DNA from: an uncultured delta proteobacterium | GTDB lineage: Bacteria; Myxococcota_A; Polyangia; Palsa-1104 | Assembly: GCA_963785725.1 (NCBI GenBank) | Contig: CAWAWS010000006.1 | Location: 224,001-288,000, forward strand | Direction: 5' to 3' | Length of the DNA stretch: 64,000 nucleotides | Shown here: positions 40,324-51,400 of the stretch, piece after piece | Layout of the letters: each line of letters opens with the position of its first letter | Numbering within the stretch: the first letter of the stretch is position 1 | The notes under the pieces: model-generated | What the model was told of the DNA's origin: nothing | Database searches by the model: none | What the model saw: the letters and a program-made list of their open reading frames with translations, nothing else | Made by a program: the position numbers and the translations under genes

Positions 40324-40375
40324 GGAGGGTGGTCGGGGGTTTTTACCCAGCCTGGGGCAGAGCCCACCATCCTCC
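40324..40375. terminator. Hairpin between convergent genes, possible terminator
   Basis: GGAGGGTGGT (40324-40333) pairs with ACCATCCTCC (40366-40375); inner GGGT/ACCC stem; no clear U-tract. Confidence 0.4.
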
Positions 40376-40472
40376 GGAATCGATCGTCGGTCGTTGAATG
40401 TCGAGCGAGGCGGCGGCGACCTCGCGCCGGCGGAAGGACGCGCGCGCGTGACGCGAGCGCGCGGGAGATGCG

Positions 40473-41537
40473 CTACTTCTGCGGTCCGGCGGCGATGATC
40501 TCTTGCGCCATCTTGTCCGCGATCACTTCCGGCTGCGCCTCTTCCACGCGCGAGCGGTCGATGATGTTGGCGATGGTGTCGTAGATTTCGATCGTCTTCT
40601 TGCGCGCCTTCGTCGCGTCGTAACCGGCGTACTCCGCGGCCACGTTGATGAGGCCGCCGCCGTTGATGACGTAGTCGGGCGCGTACCAAATGCCGCGCGC
40701 CCGCAGCGCCGCGCCGACGGCGGGCGTGCGCAGCTGATTGTTGGCCGCACCGGCGACCGCCTTCGTCTTCAGCTTGGGCACGACCGCTTCGGTCAACGCG
40801 CCACCGAGCGCGCACGGCGCCAAGATGTCGCACTCGACTTCCAGGATCTTGTCGACGTCGACGACGGCGGCGCCCAATTCGGTGGCGATGGCGGCGCGGC
40901 GCGTGGCATCGACGTCGCAGATCGTCAAGCGCGCGCCGGCGTGGTGCAGCTCGCGCGCGAGGTGCGCGCCGACGTGACCGACGCCTTGCACGGCGATGTG
41001 CAGCCCCTTCAAGTCGGGCTTGTCGAAGATCTTGTGCGCGATCGCTTCGATGCCGCGACGCACGCCGAGCGCCGTGAACGGCGACGGGTCACCCGAGCCG
41101 CCCTTTTCCGGCGACGTGCCGAGGACGTGCTTCGTCATCGTGCGCACGACGTCCATGTCGGTCGGGCTGGTGCCCGAATCCTCGGTCGTGATGTAGCGGC
41201 CGCCCAAGCGATCGACGAACTGGCCGAACGCGCGGAACAGCGCCGCGCGCTTCTCGACCGACCACGTCGGCAGGTCGCGCGGCGCGATGATGACCGCTTT
41301 GCCACCACCGTGCGGCAGGCGCGCCGAGGCCGCTTTGTAGCTCATGCCTTGCGCGAGGCGGGTCACGTCGTCGATGGCCGCGGCCTCGGTTTCGTACGGG
41401 TAGATGCGCGTGCCGCCGATGCCGGGGCCCAAGCGCGTCGAGTGAATGCCGACGATGGCGCGCAGCCCGGACGCCGCGTCGAAGCCGAAGCACAGCTCGC
41501 CGTAACCCAGATGCGAAAGCGTCTCGAAGATGTCCAC
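40473..41537 (-). CDS. Glu/Leu/Phe/Val dehydrogenase (leucine-dehydrogenase-like)
   Basis: GGTR, GMSYK, GGGKAVI, SGDPSPFTALG, QGVGHVG, GAANNQL and NGGG motifs. Confidence 0.93.
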   Translation of the reverse strand: MDIFETLSHLGYGELCFGFDAASGLRAIVGIHSTRLGPGIGGTRIYPYETEAAAIDDVTRLAQGMSYKAASARLPHGGGKAVIIAPRDLPTWSVEKRAALFRAFGQFVDRLGGRYITTEDSGTSPTDMDVVRTMTKHVLGTSPEKGGSGDPSPFTALGVRRGIEAIAHKIFDKPDLKGLHIAVQGVGHVGAHLARELHHAGARLTICDVDATRRAAIATELGAAVVDVDKILEVECDILAPCALGGALTEAVVPKLKTKAVAGAANNQLRTPAVGAALRARGIWYAPDYVINGGGLINVAAEYAGYDATKARKKTIEIYDTIANIIDRSRVEEAQPEVIADKMAQEIIAAGPQK

Positions 41538-41635
41538 GAAGTCCTCCTGCCGTTGCTCGCGTGGCTGCGCGAGGCCAAGGCGGCGTGGTTATAACGACGA
41601 CGCCCGCGCGTAGCAACGAAAATGCTCGTGATACG

Positions 41636-42838
41636 ATGGAGTTGGTGGCGCGTTGCGTCAGGCAGCTCGAGGCGGTGGCGCGGTCGGCGATCGCCGCTTG
41701 CGACGGCGGCGCGCGGGTCGCGGCGGCGCTGGCGGGATCGCGCCGGCGTTACGCCGCGGTGTGGGCCGTCGGCAAAGCGGCGGCCTCGATGGCGGCGGCG
41801 GCGGCGCGCGAATCCGGTGACGCGTTCGTCGTCGATGCCACGGTCGCCGGCCACCCGCTGCCGGACGCGCGCAGCGTGGCCGCGGCCGAGCGGCTGCTGG
41901 CGGCGGCGCGCGCCGTGCCGGCCGACGCGCGCGCTCTCTTGCTGCTGTCGGGCGGCGCGTCGTCGCTGGTGGCGGCGCCCGTCGACGGTCTGACGCTCGC
42001 GGATTTGCGGGCGACGACGGCGGCGCTCATGCACGCGGGCGCGCCGATCGGCGACATCAACATCGTGCGCCGTCATCTGACGCGGCTCGGTGGCGGCAAG
42101 CTGGCGGCGGCCTGCGCCGGGGCGCTCGACGTGCTCGCGCTGTCCGATGTCGGCGGCGACGATCCGGCGACCGTCGCGGCGACGATCGGCTCGGGTCCGG
42201 CGTCGCCCGAGCCGGCGTCGCGCGCGGCCGCGTTGGCGATCGCCCGTCGCTGCGCTGCGCCGGCCGCGGCCTTGCGCGCGCTCGACGGCGCGGGCGCCGA
42301 GAATCCGCGCGCCGACCATCCGGCCTTCGCGCGCGGCAGCTATCGCATCCTGGCGTCGCCGCGAACGCTGCTGCAAGAGGCCGTTCGCGCCGCCGCGGCA
42401 GCTGGATTCGCGGTGATCGAACGGTCACACCTCGTCGCCGGTGACGTCGGCGAGCTCGCGGCCGAGCTCGTCCGCGCGACGGCGACGTTGGCGCGCGGCC
42501 AGTGCTTCGTCGCCGTCGGTGAGCCGACCGTGCGCGTCGCCGGCGACGGACGGGGCGGACGCGCGCAGCATCTGGCGTTGACGCTGGTGCCCGCGCTCGA
42601 CGGCGGCGACTGCGCGTTCGTCGCCGTCGGCTCCGACGGTCGCGATGGCCCGACGGACGCAGCCGGCGCCGCCGTCGACGGGCAGACCGCCGCCGCGCTC
42701 GCCGCGCAAGGCCGCGACGTCGCCGCCGCGCTCGCCCGTTGCGACAGCTCCGCCGCGCTCGCTGCCGTCACCACCACGATCGCGAGCTGGCCGACGGGCA
42801 CGAACCTGACCGACTTGTACCTTCTGGCGCGCGCATGA
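41636..42838 (+). CDS. MOFRL-family glycerate 2-kinase-like protein
   Basis: GKAA, GHPLP, LLSGGASSL, SDVGGDD, IGSGP, GRGGR, DGRDG and TGTNLTD motifs. Confidence 0.88.
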   Translation: MELVARCVRQLEAVARSAIAACDGGARVAAALAGSRRRYAAVWAVGKAAASMAAAAARESGDAFVVDATVAGHPLPDARSVAAAERLLAAARAVPADARALLLLSGGASSLVAAPVDGLTLADLRATTAALMHAGAPIGDINIVRRHLTRLGGGKLAAACAGALDVLALSDVGGDDPATVAATIGSGPASPEPASRAAALAIARRCAAPAAALRALDGAGAENPRADHPAFARGSYRILASPRTLLQEAVRAAAAAGFAVIERSHLVAGDVGELAAELVRATATLARGQCFVAVGEPTVRVAGDGRGGRAQHLALTLVPALDGGDCAFVAVGSDGRDGPTDAAGAAVDGQTAAALAAQGRDVAAALARCDSSAALAAVTTTIASWPTGTNLTDLYLLARA

Positions 42839-42855
42839 GGTAGTGTTCGCGCCGC

Positions 42856-43699
42856 GTGTGGACCATCCTCCGCGTCTTGACTTGGACCGAGCAGCGCTTC
42901 AACGAGCGTGGCTTGGGAACGCCGCGCCTCGACGCGCAGGTGCTCTTGGCGCACGTGCTGCAAAAAGATCGCGTCTATCTCTACACGCACTTCGATCAGC
43001 CGCTGCAGCCGCCGGAGTTGGCCGCCTATCGCGCGCTCATCCAGCGTCGGCTCGCGGGTGAGCCGGTGGCCTATCTCGTCGGCACCAAGGAGTTTCGTTC
43101 GCTCGAGCTGCACGTCGACGCGCGCGTGCTGGTGCCGCGGCCCGATACCGAGACGCTCGTCGACGTGGCGCTGGCGCTCGTCGGTGACGAAGGGCGCGTG
43201 GTCGACATCGGCACCGGCTCGGGCGCGATCGCGCTGGCGCTCAAGCACGCGCGGCCGGCGTTGGACGTGCTGGCGGTCGATCGCTCGCCGGATGCGGCGA
43301 CGGTGGCGCGTGCGAACGCCGCGCGGCTGGCGCTGGCCGTCGACGTCGTCGAGGGCGATCTGCTGGCGCCGGTCGTGGCGCGCGGGCCGTTCGCGCTCGT
43401 CGTGTCGAACCCGCCGTACATTCCGAGCGGCGACATCGCCGCGCTCGCCGTCGAAGTGCGCAACGAGCCGCGCGCCGCGCTCGACGGCGGTCGCGACGGG
43501 CTCGACTTCGTGCGCCGGCTCATCGTCGACGCGCCGCCGCTGCTCGTGCCCGGCGGTGCGCTGGCGCTCGAGATTCGGCGCCGGCCAAGCGGCGACGGTC
43601 GCCGCGCTCTTCGCCGCCGACGGCCGCTACGATCCTGCCGAAGTCACCAAGGACTTGGGCGGCGTCGAGCGCGTCGTCGCCGCCCGTCTGAAGTCGTAG
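42856..43699 (+). CDS. prmC: Release-factor glutamine methyltransferase PrmC/HemK; +1 frameshift at ~43574
   Basis: GEPVAY, LVPRPDTE, DIGTGSG, VSNPPY and ALDGG motifs; C-terminus EIGAGQA...KDLGGVERVV restored by deleting one T. Confidence 0.93.
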
Positions 43700-43806
43700 T
43701 CGCAGTAACAAGTTGTGGCGGCGGCTGCGCGACTCGAAGAATTTGGCGTGAAGGGATGCCGCCTGCCGGCCGGAGATTCGCGGCCGACGCAGGCGATGGC
43801 GAGACT

Positions 43807-45627
43807 TCAGTCGGCCTTGGTCTTATCGGCCGTCGGCTGGCGGCTGACCGCGGCCGGCTGCGCGCGCAGCCATGCCGCCGCGCGCGGACGCGTGAGCGCG
43901 CCCTCGATGTCGTTGACGTAGCGATGCGACAGCTCTTCCATCAGCCCGCGCGCCCGCGGCTCGTCGCCAGCCCGCGCCGTCGCCAGCGCCAACGCCATGC
44001 GCAACGTCGGCCGCGTCGCCGTCGGCAGCTCCGCCGTCGCCGCTTGGTCGTCGCCGTTGCGGGCCGCGATCCAGCCCTTCAACGCCGTCGCCTTCTGCCC
44101 GGCGTGCGCGTCGCCGGCGAGCTTGAGCGCCACGCCCATCTCCTCGGCGCGCGCGTTCGCCAGCTGTCGCTCGCCGATGGCGCCGAGCACCATCGCGCGC
44201 ACGTGCAGCGCCTCCGTCGACAGCCGGCGCCGCTCGGTCTCGGCCATGACCTGCGCCGTCTCCGGCGCCTCCAACGCCTGCCGCGCTTGCCGCAGCGACT
44301 GCCCCGACTCCGACAGCGCGCCGCGATCGAGCTCGACGCGCGCCAGCTCCACGAGCGCGTCCGCTTGATCGCCCGGCCGCTTCGTCTTGCCCGCCAGATC
44401 GGCCTCGGCCGCCAACGCGCGCTCGCAATCGCCGCCGCGCCCGTCGAAGAGCCAGCTGCGCGCCTCGCGCATCGCGCCCTCGTGATGCGTGGCCGGATCG
44501 TCGTTCGCGATCATCGTGGCGTAGGCGCGCCGCGCCTCTTTGCCTTTGCCCGCGAACAACAGCGCGTCGCCCAGCGCCGACTCGGCCACGACGAAGCCGG
44601 GCTCGAGCGTCAACGCGCGCTTGGCCTGCGTCACCGCCTCGTCGACTTCGTTGCGCCGCAAAGCCAGCTGCGACATCAACACCGCGGCGTTGGGCTCTTT
44701 GGGCGCCAGCTCGCCGTAGGTTTTCAGCGCCGCCAGCGCGTCATCCATGCGGTTGTCGTCGGCCAGCGCCAGCGCCAGCATGCCGTACGCGGCCGGATAC
44801 TTGGCGTCGAGCTCGGTCGCCTTCTGCAGATCGGCCACGGCGCCGTCGAGATCGCCGCCCGCCGTCTGCTTGAACACGCCGCGCGCCACCCGCGCGCGCG
44901 CGTCGCCCGGCAGCGTGACCACCAGCTGATCGTAGGCCTTCTTCGCGTCGGCCGTGCGCGCCTGCACCATCGCGCGGTAGCCTTCGATGAACAGCCGCTC
45001 GCCCGCCGACGCCTTCTTCGCCAGCTCCGACGCGCGCGTCAGCTCTTTGACCGCTACATCCGGCGCCACCGCCTGCGCCAACAGATAATGGGCGAACGCC
45101 AGGGTCTCCTCTTTGGCGATGGCGTCACCGCAGCTCTTGCGCGCGCTCGCCATGTGCCGACCGTCGACGGCGTTGGCGCATGTCGTCACCGCCTGCGCGA
45201 CCTCCATGCTGTGCGTCGCCAGCGTCAGTCGCGCCGGTCCCGGCGGCGCCGCGCTCACGACCGGCGGTGGCGCCGGCCGATTCTGCGGCGGCGGATAGCC
45301 CGGCTGCGGCTGCCCGTAGCCCGGTTGCGGCGGCGGATAGCCGTTCTGCGGATAGCCCTGCTGCGACTGTCCGTAGCCTGGTTGCGGCGGCGGATAGCCA
45401 TAGCCCTGCTGCGGCGGCGGATAGCCGTTCGGCTGGGCATTTTGTGGCGGCGGATAGCCGTTTTGCGGATACCCACTCGGTTGCTGCTGCTGCGGACGAT
45501 TCTGCGGCTGCGCGTATCCGGCCGGCGGCGGCTGCGGATACGGCTGCTGCGAATCGCTATTCTGCTGCGCTTGCGCCGACGCGATCGCCGGCAACGCGAG
45601 CGTGAGAGCCAGCCACGACACGCGCAT
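43807..45627 (-). CDS. Secreted TPR protein with N-terminal GYPPPQ repeats
   Basis: GGGAGG RBS; signal peptide; P/Q/Y/G-rich repeats; TPR-like helical repeats. Confidence 0.8.
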   Translation of the reverse strand: MRVSWLALTLALPAIASAQAQQNSDSQQPYPQPPPAGYAQPQNRPQQQQPSGYPQNGYPPPQNAQPNGYPPPQQGYGYPPPQPGYGQSQQGYPQNGYPPPQPGYGQPQPGYPPPQNRPAPPPVVSAAPPGPARLTLATHSMEVAQAVTTCANAVDGRHMASARKSCGDAIAKEETLAFAHYLLAQAVAPDVAVKELTRASELAKKASAGERLFIEGYRAMVQARTADAKKAYDQLVVTLPGDARARVARGVFKQTAGGDLDGAVADLQKATELDAKYPAAYGMLALALADDNRMDDALAALKTYGELAPKEPNAAVLMSQLALRRNEVDEAVTQAKRALTLEPGFVVAESALGDALLFAGKGKEARRAYATMIANDDPATHHEGAMREARSWLFDGRGGDCERALAAEADLAGKTKRPGDQADALVELARVELDRGALSESGQSLRQARQALEAPETAQVMAETERRRLSTEALHVRAMVLGAIGERQLANARAEEMGVALKLAGDAHAGQKATALKGWIAARNGDDQAATAELPTATRPTLRMALALATARAGDEPRARGLMEELSHRYVNDIEGALTRPRAAAWLRAQPAAVSRQPTADKTKAD

Positions 45628-45784
45628 GGTCACCTCCCGTGACGTCGAAGATCCTGAACTACTAGACGACGCTTGGCTACACGCAAGATCACACTGCATA
45701 CAACTGCACTCAAATTTCCCTCCTGCAAGTGGTGACGACGGGCAAACCTTGACGCTGCACGCCGGCTGGGGCAGCGTTTTGCCC

Positions 45785-47305
45785 GTGTCACAGCCTGAAA
45801 ACAACTCTCGCGCCGTCTCCGCTGGACGCGGCCTGCTCTTCATCACCGGCGCCAAGCTGTGGTTCATGGTCGCCGGCTACGTCGTGCAGTTCGCGCTGCC
45901 GCGGGCGCTCGGCTCGCCGGCCAGCTACGGCATCTGGGTCATCGTGCTGAGCGTCCTGTCGCCCGTGAACAACGTCATGGTGACCGCGACGATCCAAGGC
46001 GTCTCGAAATTCACCTCCGAGGTCGAATCGCGGCGGCCGGCGGTTTTACGCGCGGCGTTGAAGCTGCAAGCGCTGCTCGGCGGCGGCGTGGCGCTGGCGC
46101 TGTTCCTGCTCGCGCCGGTCATCGCCAACTTCGAGCACGACCCGTCGCTGACGCCGTATCTGCAGCTGGCGCCGGGCGTCGCCTTGGCCTACTCGATCTA
46201 CGCCGTCTTCGTCGGCGCCGCCAACGGCCGCAAGGAGTTCCAGAAGCAGGCCGGCCTCGACGTCACGTTCTCGACCCTGCGCTGTATCTTCATCGTCGGC
46301 GCCGCCGCGCTCACCCATTCGGCGCTGGCGTCGGTGGGCGGCTTCGTCGGCGCCGCCGTCGTCATCGCCTTCGTCTCCTTCTTCGTCGTCGGCATGGGCG
46401 GCCGCGTCACCGAATCCTTCGATCTCAAGCTGCTCGGCCGCTTCTTCAGCGGCGTCGCCTTCTACTTACTCATCGTCAATTTGCTCATGTTCACCGACGG
46501 CCTCTTGTTGAAGCGCATCGTGTCCGAGTGGGCGACGCAGCGGCAGCTCATCGATCCCGCCGTTTACGCCAACGAGCAGGCCGGCTTCTACGGCGCCGTG
46601 CAGAACATCGCGCGCATCCCGTATCAGCTCATCCTCGCGGTCACGTTCATCATCTTCCCGCTAGTCGCCAAGTCGACGTTCGACGCCGACATCGAGCGCA
46701 CCCGCGGCTACGTCCGCACCACCATGCGCTACTCGCTAGTCGTGGCCGCGCTCATCGCCGCCGCGCTCGCCGCGCGCCCCGACGCGACGCTCAAGCTGTT
46801 CTACAAGCCCGAATACGTCGCCGGCGCGCGCGCCTTGGCGCCTTTGCTCATCGGCTACGTCTTCTTCTCGCTCTTCAACATCGCCGGCACCATCATCAAC
46901 GGCTCCGGCCGCACCCTGCCGACGACGATCATCGGCGTCGTCACGCTCGCCATCACCGTCGCCGCCGAGTGGATCGGCATCCGCTTCGCGCTCGACACCG
47001 GCGCCGATCCGCTCTTCTTCGCCGCCTGCGCCACCGCCGCGGCGATGGGCTTCGGCCTCGTCTTGTCAGGGTTGTACTTGATGCGCGTGTTCGGCGCGTT
47101 CATGCCGCTTCTGACCGTCGTGCGCGTCGCGGTCGCTTACGCCGTCGCCGCCGCCGTCGGCTGGGCTTGGACGCGCAGCGGCTTCATGCCCGGCAAAGTC
47201 GGCACGCTCGTCTCCGCGTCGGTCTGCGGCTTGGCCTTCCTCGTCACCTGCGTCGTCACCGGCGAGCTCAGCCCGTCCGCGCTCAAGCAGCTACGCAAAC
47301 GTTGA
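45785..47305 (+). CDS. MOP-superfamily (Wzx/MATE-like) flippase or exporter
   Basis: About 14 hydrophobic helices; [10 protein letters not shown] and AGFYGA motifs typical of polysaccharide-export flippases. Confidence 0.8.
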   Translation: MSQPENNSRAVSAGRGLLFITGAKLWFMVAGYVVQFALPRALGSPASYGIWVIVLSVLSPVNNVMVTATIQGVSKFTSEVESRRPAVLRAALKLQALLGGGVALALFLLAPVIANFEHDPSLTPYLQLAPGVALAYSIYAVFVGAANGRKEFQKQAGLDVTFSTLRCIFIVGAAALTHSALASVGGFVGAAVVIAFVSFFVVGMGGRVTESFDLKLLGRFFSGVAFYLLIVNLLMFTDGLLLKRIVSEWATQRQLIDPAVYANEQAGFYGAVQNIARIPYQLILAVTFIIFPLVAKSTFDADIERTRGYVRTTMRYSLVVAALIAAALAARPDATLKLFYKPEYVAGARALAPLLIGYVFFSLFNIAGTIINGSGRTLPTTIIGVVTLAITVAAEWIGIRFALDTGADPLFFAACATAAAMGFGLVLSGLYLMRVFGAFMPLLTVVRVAVAYAVAAAVGWAWTRSGFMPGKVGTLVSASVCGLAFLVTCVVTGELSPSALKQLRKR

Positions 47306-47306
47306 T

Positions 47307-47849
47307 TCAGTTGGAGGCGGTGACCTCGCGGAGCTTGGCGCGCTGCTCGGCGGTCAAGCTGTGGTGGAAATGCTCGAAGTCGTCGCTGATCTCGACGCTA
47401 CCGACGAGCGTCTCGACGTGGGCGCGATCGAACGGCTCCTGTCCGACGGCCGCCAGCGCGTCCGCCAAGCTCGCCGGCTCGACCCAATTGCGCGCCCGCT
47501 CCATGACTTCGTCGAACAGCTGCTGCTGCCGCTGATTCAGCTCGAGCGCGCCGGCGACGTCTCGGCGCGGCGCCCGCGCGGTCGAACGAACGATCGGGGC
47601 CGCGCCGCCCGACGCGATGTTGCGGCGCAGGCTCGGCACGTCGGCTTCGCGCTGCCAGCGCTGCCACGAGCGCCGGAAACGGCCGCCGCGCGCCGGGAAG
47701 TCGTCGTCGGGCGCGCCGAGATCGATGGGTCCGCCGCGGAAACGACGCCGGCGATGGCAGCCGTCGCCGTGCGCCCACGCGTGATACATGCGCCAGCGGA
47801 ACAGCATTTTGGCGACGAAGATGGTGCTCAAGATGAACAGAATGGTCAT
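47307..47849 (-). CDS. Hypothetical protein with N-terminal TM and Spy/CpxP-like helical tail
   Basis: LELNQRQ and LTAEQRAKL (LTxxQ-like) motifs. Confidence 0.55.
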   Translation of the reverse strand: MTILFILSTIFVAKMLFRWRMYHAWAHGDGCHRRRRFRGGPIDLGAPDDDFPARGGRFRRSWQRWQREADVPSLRRNIASGGAAPIVRSTARAPRRDVAGALELNQRQQQLFDEVMERARNWVEPASLADALAAVGQEPFDRAHVETLVGSVEISDDFEHFHHSLTAEQRAKLREVTASN

Positions 47850-47971
47850 GGCGGAAAGCCTCCCTGACACCTCAAGCTGCGACCGCCGCGTAAACGTTAA
47901 ATGCCGCGCGCGTAAAGTTTTGTAAATTTCCCAAAAGTTGCGCCGCGACCACATGTCGGTACCGTAGAAGA

Positions 47972-48421
47972 ATGCGGATTCTCCCGTTTCTGCTGCTCGC
48001 CGCCGTGCTTCCCGGCTGTTTGTCGGGCATGGGCTATTCGACCGCCGATCAGGTCCTCAACGCCGCGCGCGAGTACAACCAAGACGTGCGCTGGGGCCGC
48101 TACGATCAGGCCGCCGATCACATCCCGAAGGACGAGCGCGAACGCTACGTAGAGCGACGAACGGCGCTCGAGGACAACCTCGAGATCGCCGACTTCGAGC
48201 TGGTGAACATCGTCATCGACAAGAAGAAGTCGACGGCCGTCGCCCGCGTCGAATACACCTGGACGCTCAAAGACCAAGGAATCGTAAAGAAAACGACGAC
48301 CAAGCAGTCCTGGGAGAAGCAGGGCCAAGCTTGGGTAGTGGCAAAAGAGACGCGTGTTAAGGGGAGCCCACTCGTGCTGTTCGACGAGCCCGCGAAGGAC
48401 CCCGTAAAGACCGCCCAGTAG
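47972..48421 (+). CDS. Hypothetical lipoprotein
   Basis: LPGC lipobox; YNQDVRWGRY segment. Confidence 0.75.
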   Translation: MRILPFLLLAAVLPGCLSGMGYSTADQVLNAAREYNQDVRWGRYDQAADHIPKDERERYVERRTALEDNLEIADFELVNIVIDKKKSTAVARVEYTWTLKDQGIVKKTTTKQSWEKQGQAWVVAKETRVKGSPLVLFDEPAKDPVKTAQ

Positions 48422-48455
48422 CTCTTCTTTCCGCTATAATTACGGCCGGTTTCTC

Positions 48456-51400
48456 TTGGCCAACGACTCCCTCGACTTCGTGCAGCGAGGCAAAGTCTCC
48501 ATCGTCCGGCGCCAATACGCCGAGGCCGTGAAGATTTGCCGCCTCGGACTCCTCGGCCAGCCGTCGCTGCTCGAGGGGCGATTGGTGCTGGGCATGGCGT
48601 TGACCGCGCTCGGCCGCTGGGACGAAGTGCTGGCCGAGATGCGCGTGGCGCTCGAGACCGACGCCAACTCGGCGCTGGCGTGGCTGCTCAAAGGCGAAGC
48701 GCTCGTCGGCAAAGGCGATTACGTGCAGGCCGAGGCGACGCTCAAGCGCGCCAAGGAGCTCGATCCGTCGAACAGCAAGGCCGATCAGCTGTTACAAGAA
48801 ATCGCCACGGCGCGCGCGGCCGGCTTCGAAGGGCTGCCGGCGGAGCCGACCGACACCAAGGTTTATCCGGCGCGCGTCTCGGGCGGCACCGATCCCGATC
48901 TCGGCAACGTCATCGTGCCCATGCCGATGGATCGCGGCGAGCTCGTCAAAGTTCCCGACGAATCCGAAGATCCGTCGATCGAATACGACGAGCCCGAAGA
49001 CGCGACCGAGGTCGATCACGACCCGTCGAAGCGCAATCGCGTGCAGAAGAAGCGCGACAAGAACGGCAAGCCGTCGTCGGTGCTGGTCGACTTCAACGAG
49101 AGCGAAGACACCGTCGAGGATTCGCAAGTGGCGACGGAAACGTTCCGCCCGCCGGTGCGCGACAAAGGCATCGGCTTCGACGGGCCGGCGACGGCGACGA
49201 AGGATTTCGGGCGCGCGCCGCCGCGGCCGTCGAAGTCGCACTCGGCGCCGACGGGCGTCGGGCGCAAGTCGGCGCAGCGCGAGGCGGTCGTCGATCCCGA
49301 CCAGAACGAAGAAGACACGCGCGACGAAGAGGACTCGACGCTGACGCCGGCCGAGGTCATGCGCGCGCGCCGTTTACCGTCGCTGGCGAGCGATCATGGG
49401 ACGGGCACGGGCTCGGGACGGCGCGCCGTCGACGATCTGCCCGATCAATCGGAGCCGTCGATTGTCCTCAATTCCAACGATCTCATCGCCGAAGATCCCT
49501 CGCGCGAAGGATTTCCGCGTGGCTTTGCGCCGACGTTCGAGACCGAAGACTCCGAGGACGAGCAGACGCGGCAGCGCCGGCAAAAGCAGGTCGACGAGCA
49601 CGCCGGGACGACGCCGGAGGCGCCGGAGCCGGTGCTGGCGCGGCAGCGGCCGCGCGCGTTCGATCCCATCGGCCGGCCGCAGCCGTCGTTCCCGCGCAAC
49701 TCGCAGGAAGTCGCCACCGAGATGCGCGGCGACGGCGGCGTCTTCAACCAGGCGTACGGCTACGAAGGCGGCAACGGCGAGGAGCCGGGCGTCGTGCGGG
49801 TGCCGGTGTCACGGCGCGCGCCGCGGTCGACCGTGATGGTGCGCGGCAACGAGGATGGCTCGTGGTACGAGCGGCCGCGACGCGGGCTGGCGCTGTTGTT
49901 GACGGCGCTGATCGCGGTCATCGCCGTCGGTGTCGCGACCGGCCTATTGGTGCGCGAGTGGCGCATGCGAGCGCGCGTGGCGCGACGGCACGAGCTGGCG
50001 CGACAGAAGCTGGCGTCGGGCAATTACCCCGGCTTTCAAGCGGCCGAGCTGCTCTATCGCCAGATCCTGGCCGAGCGTGAAGACGGCGAAGCGCGGGCGA
50101 TGCGGGCGCGCGTGCTGGCGCAGATGGCGTTCGAGTTCGGCGACGCGCCCGACCCGGCGCAGCGCGCGGTGGCGACGCTCGGCGACGACGCAGCCTCGAC
50201 CTGCGCCGACAAGAAGCCGGGCTGTGAAGACGCGGCCGAGGCGCGCGTCTACTTGGCGATGGCGCGCGGCGAGCTCGATCGCGCCGAGCGCTTGGCGCAG
50301 GCGCTGCGCCGCAAATTCGCCGACGGCGCGTCGGCCTATCTGGCGGGGCGCGCGGAGTTGCTGCTCGAGCGGCCCGATCCGGCGGGCGACGCGCTGCGGG
50401 CGGCGGCCGACGCCGATCCGCGCAATCCGCTGGTGCTGCACGGCCTCGGCTTGGCTGAAGCGGCGGGGCGTCACGACGAGCGCGCCTTCGACGCCTATCG
50501 CCGCGCGCTCGACGCCAATCCCAACCACATCGCGACCATCGTCGATCGCGCGCTCTTGCAGGTCGATCGCGGCGTCGATCGCGATGCGGCGCGGGTGGCG
50601 CTCGAGAACGTCGTCGGCAAGTTCGGCGGCGATTCGTCGCCGAGTCAGCTGGCGCGCGCGTTCTTGGGGCTGGCCGAGCTCGACTTGGCGCGCGGCGACA
50701 TGGAGCCGGCGCGGCGCGAGCTCAATCAAGCGGCGGCGCGCCGGCGCGAAGGCGACGCCATGCTGTCCGAAGATCTGGCGCAAGCCTTCGCCAACGCCTA
50801 CATGCTCGACGAGGCCGAGCGCGAGGCCAAGCGCGCCATCGCCGCCGCCGGTCGCTTGACGCCGAAGCTGACGCTGGCCGAAGTGGCGCTCCGGCGCGCG
50901 CGGCCGCAGCAGGCGCTGGCGGTCATCGAAGAGGCGGGCACGTCGCGGCCCGAGGCGCTGGTGATGCGCGCGTTGGCGTCGCTGATGCTCGGTCGCAAGG
51001 AGTCGGCGCGGCTCGATGCCGAAGCGGCCTTGCGCGTCGAGCCCGAGCTCGTGACCGCGAAGGTGGCGCTGGCGCGCGTCGACATCGCCGACGGTCATCC
51101 CGAGCGCGCGCAGAAGTCGCTCGACGCGCTCGAGCGCATGCCGCAAAAGACGCCCGAAGTCGCGGCCGCGCTGGGGATGGTCTACGTCGCCGAGAAGGTG
51201 CCCGATCGCGCGTTGTGGTGGTTCAAAGAGGCGCTCAAGCGCGAGCCGCTCGACATCGAGGCGCGGCTCATGCGCGCCAAGCTCTATCACGACGCCGGCC
51301 AGTTCGACGCCGCGCGCGAGGAGCTGAAGCTGGTGTTGGCGACGAACGCCGGTTACGCGCCGGCGCGCCGCGAGCTGGCGCAGCTGGCGCTCGACGCCGG

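Noticed and set aside
45290..45560. GYPPPQ-coding repeats as a nucleotide-level element
   Set aside because: They are an in-frame low-complexity linker of a secreted TPR protein
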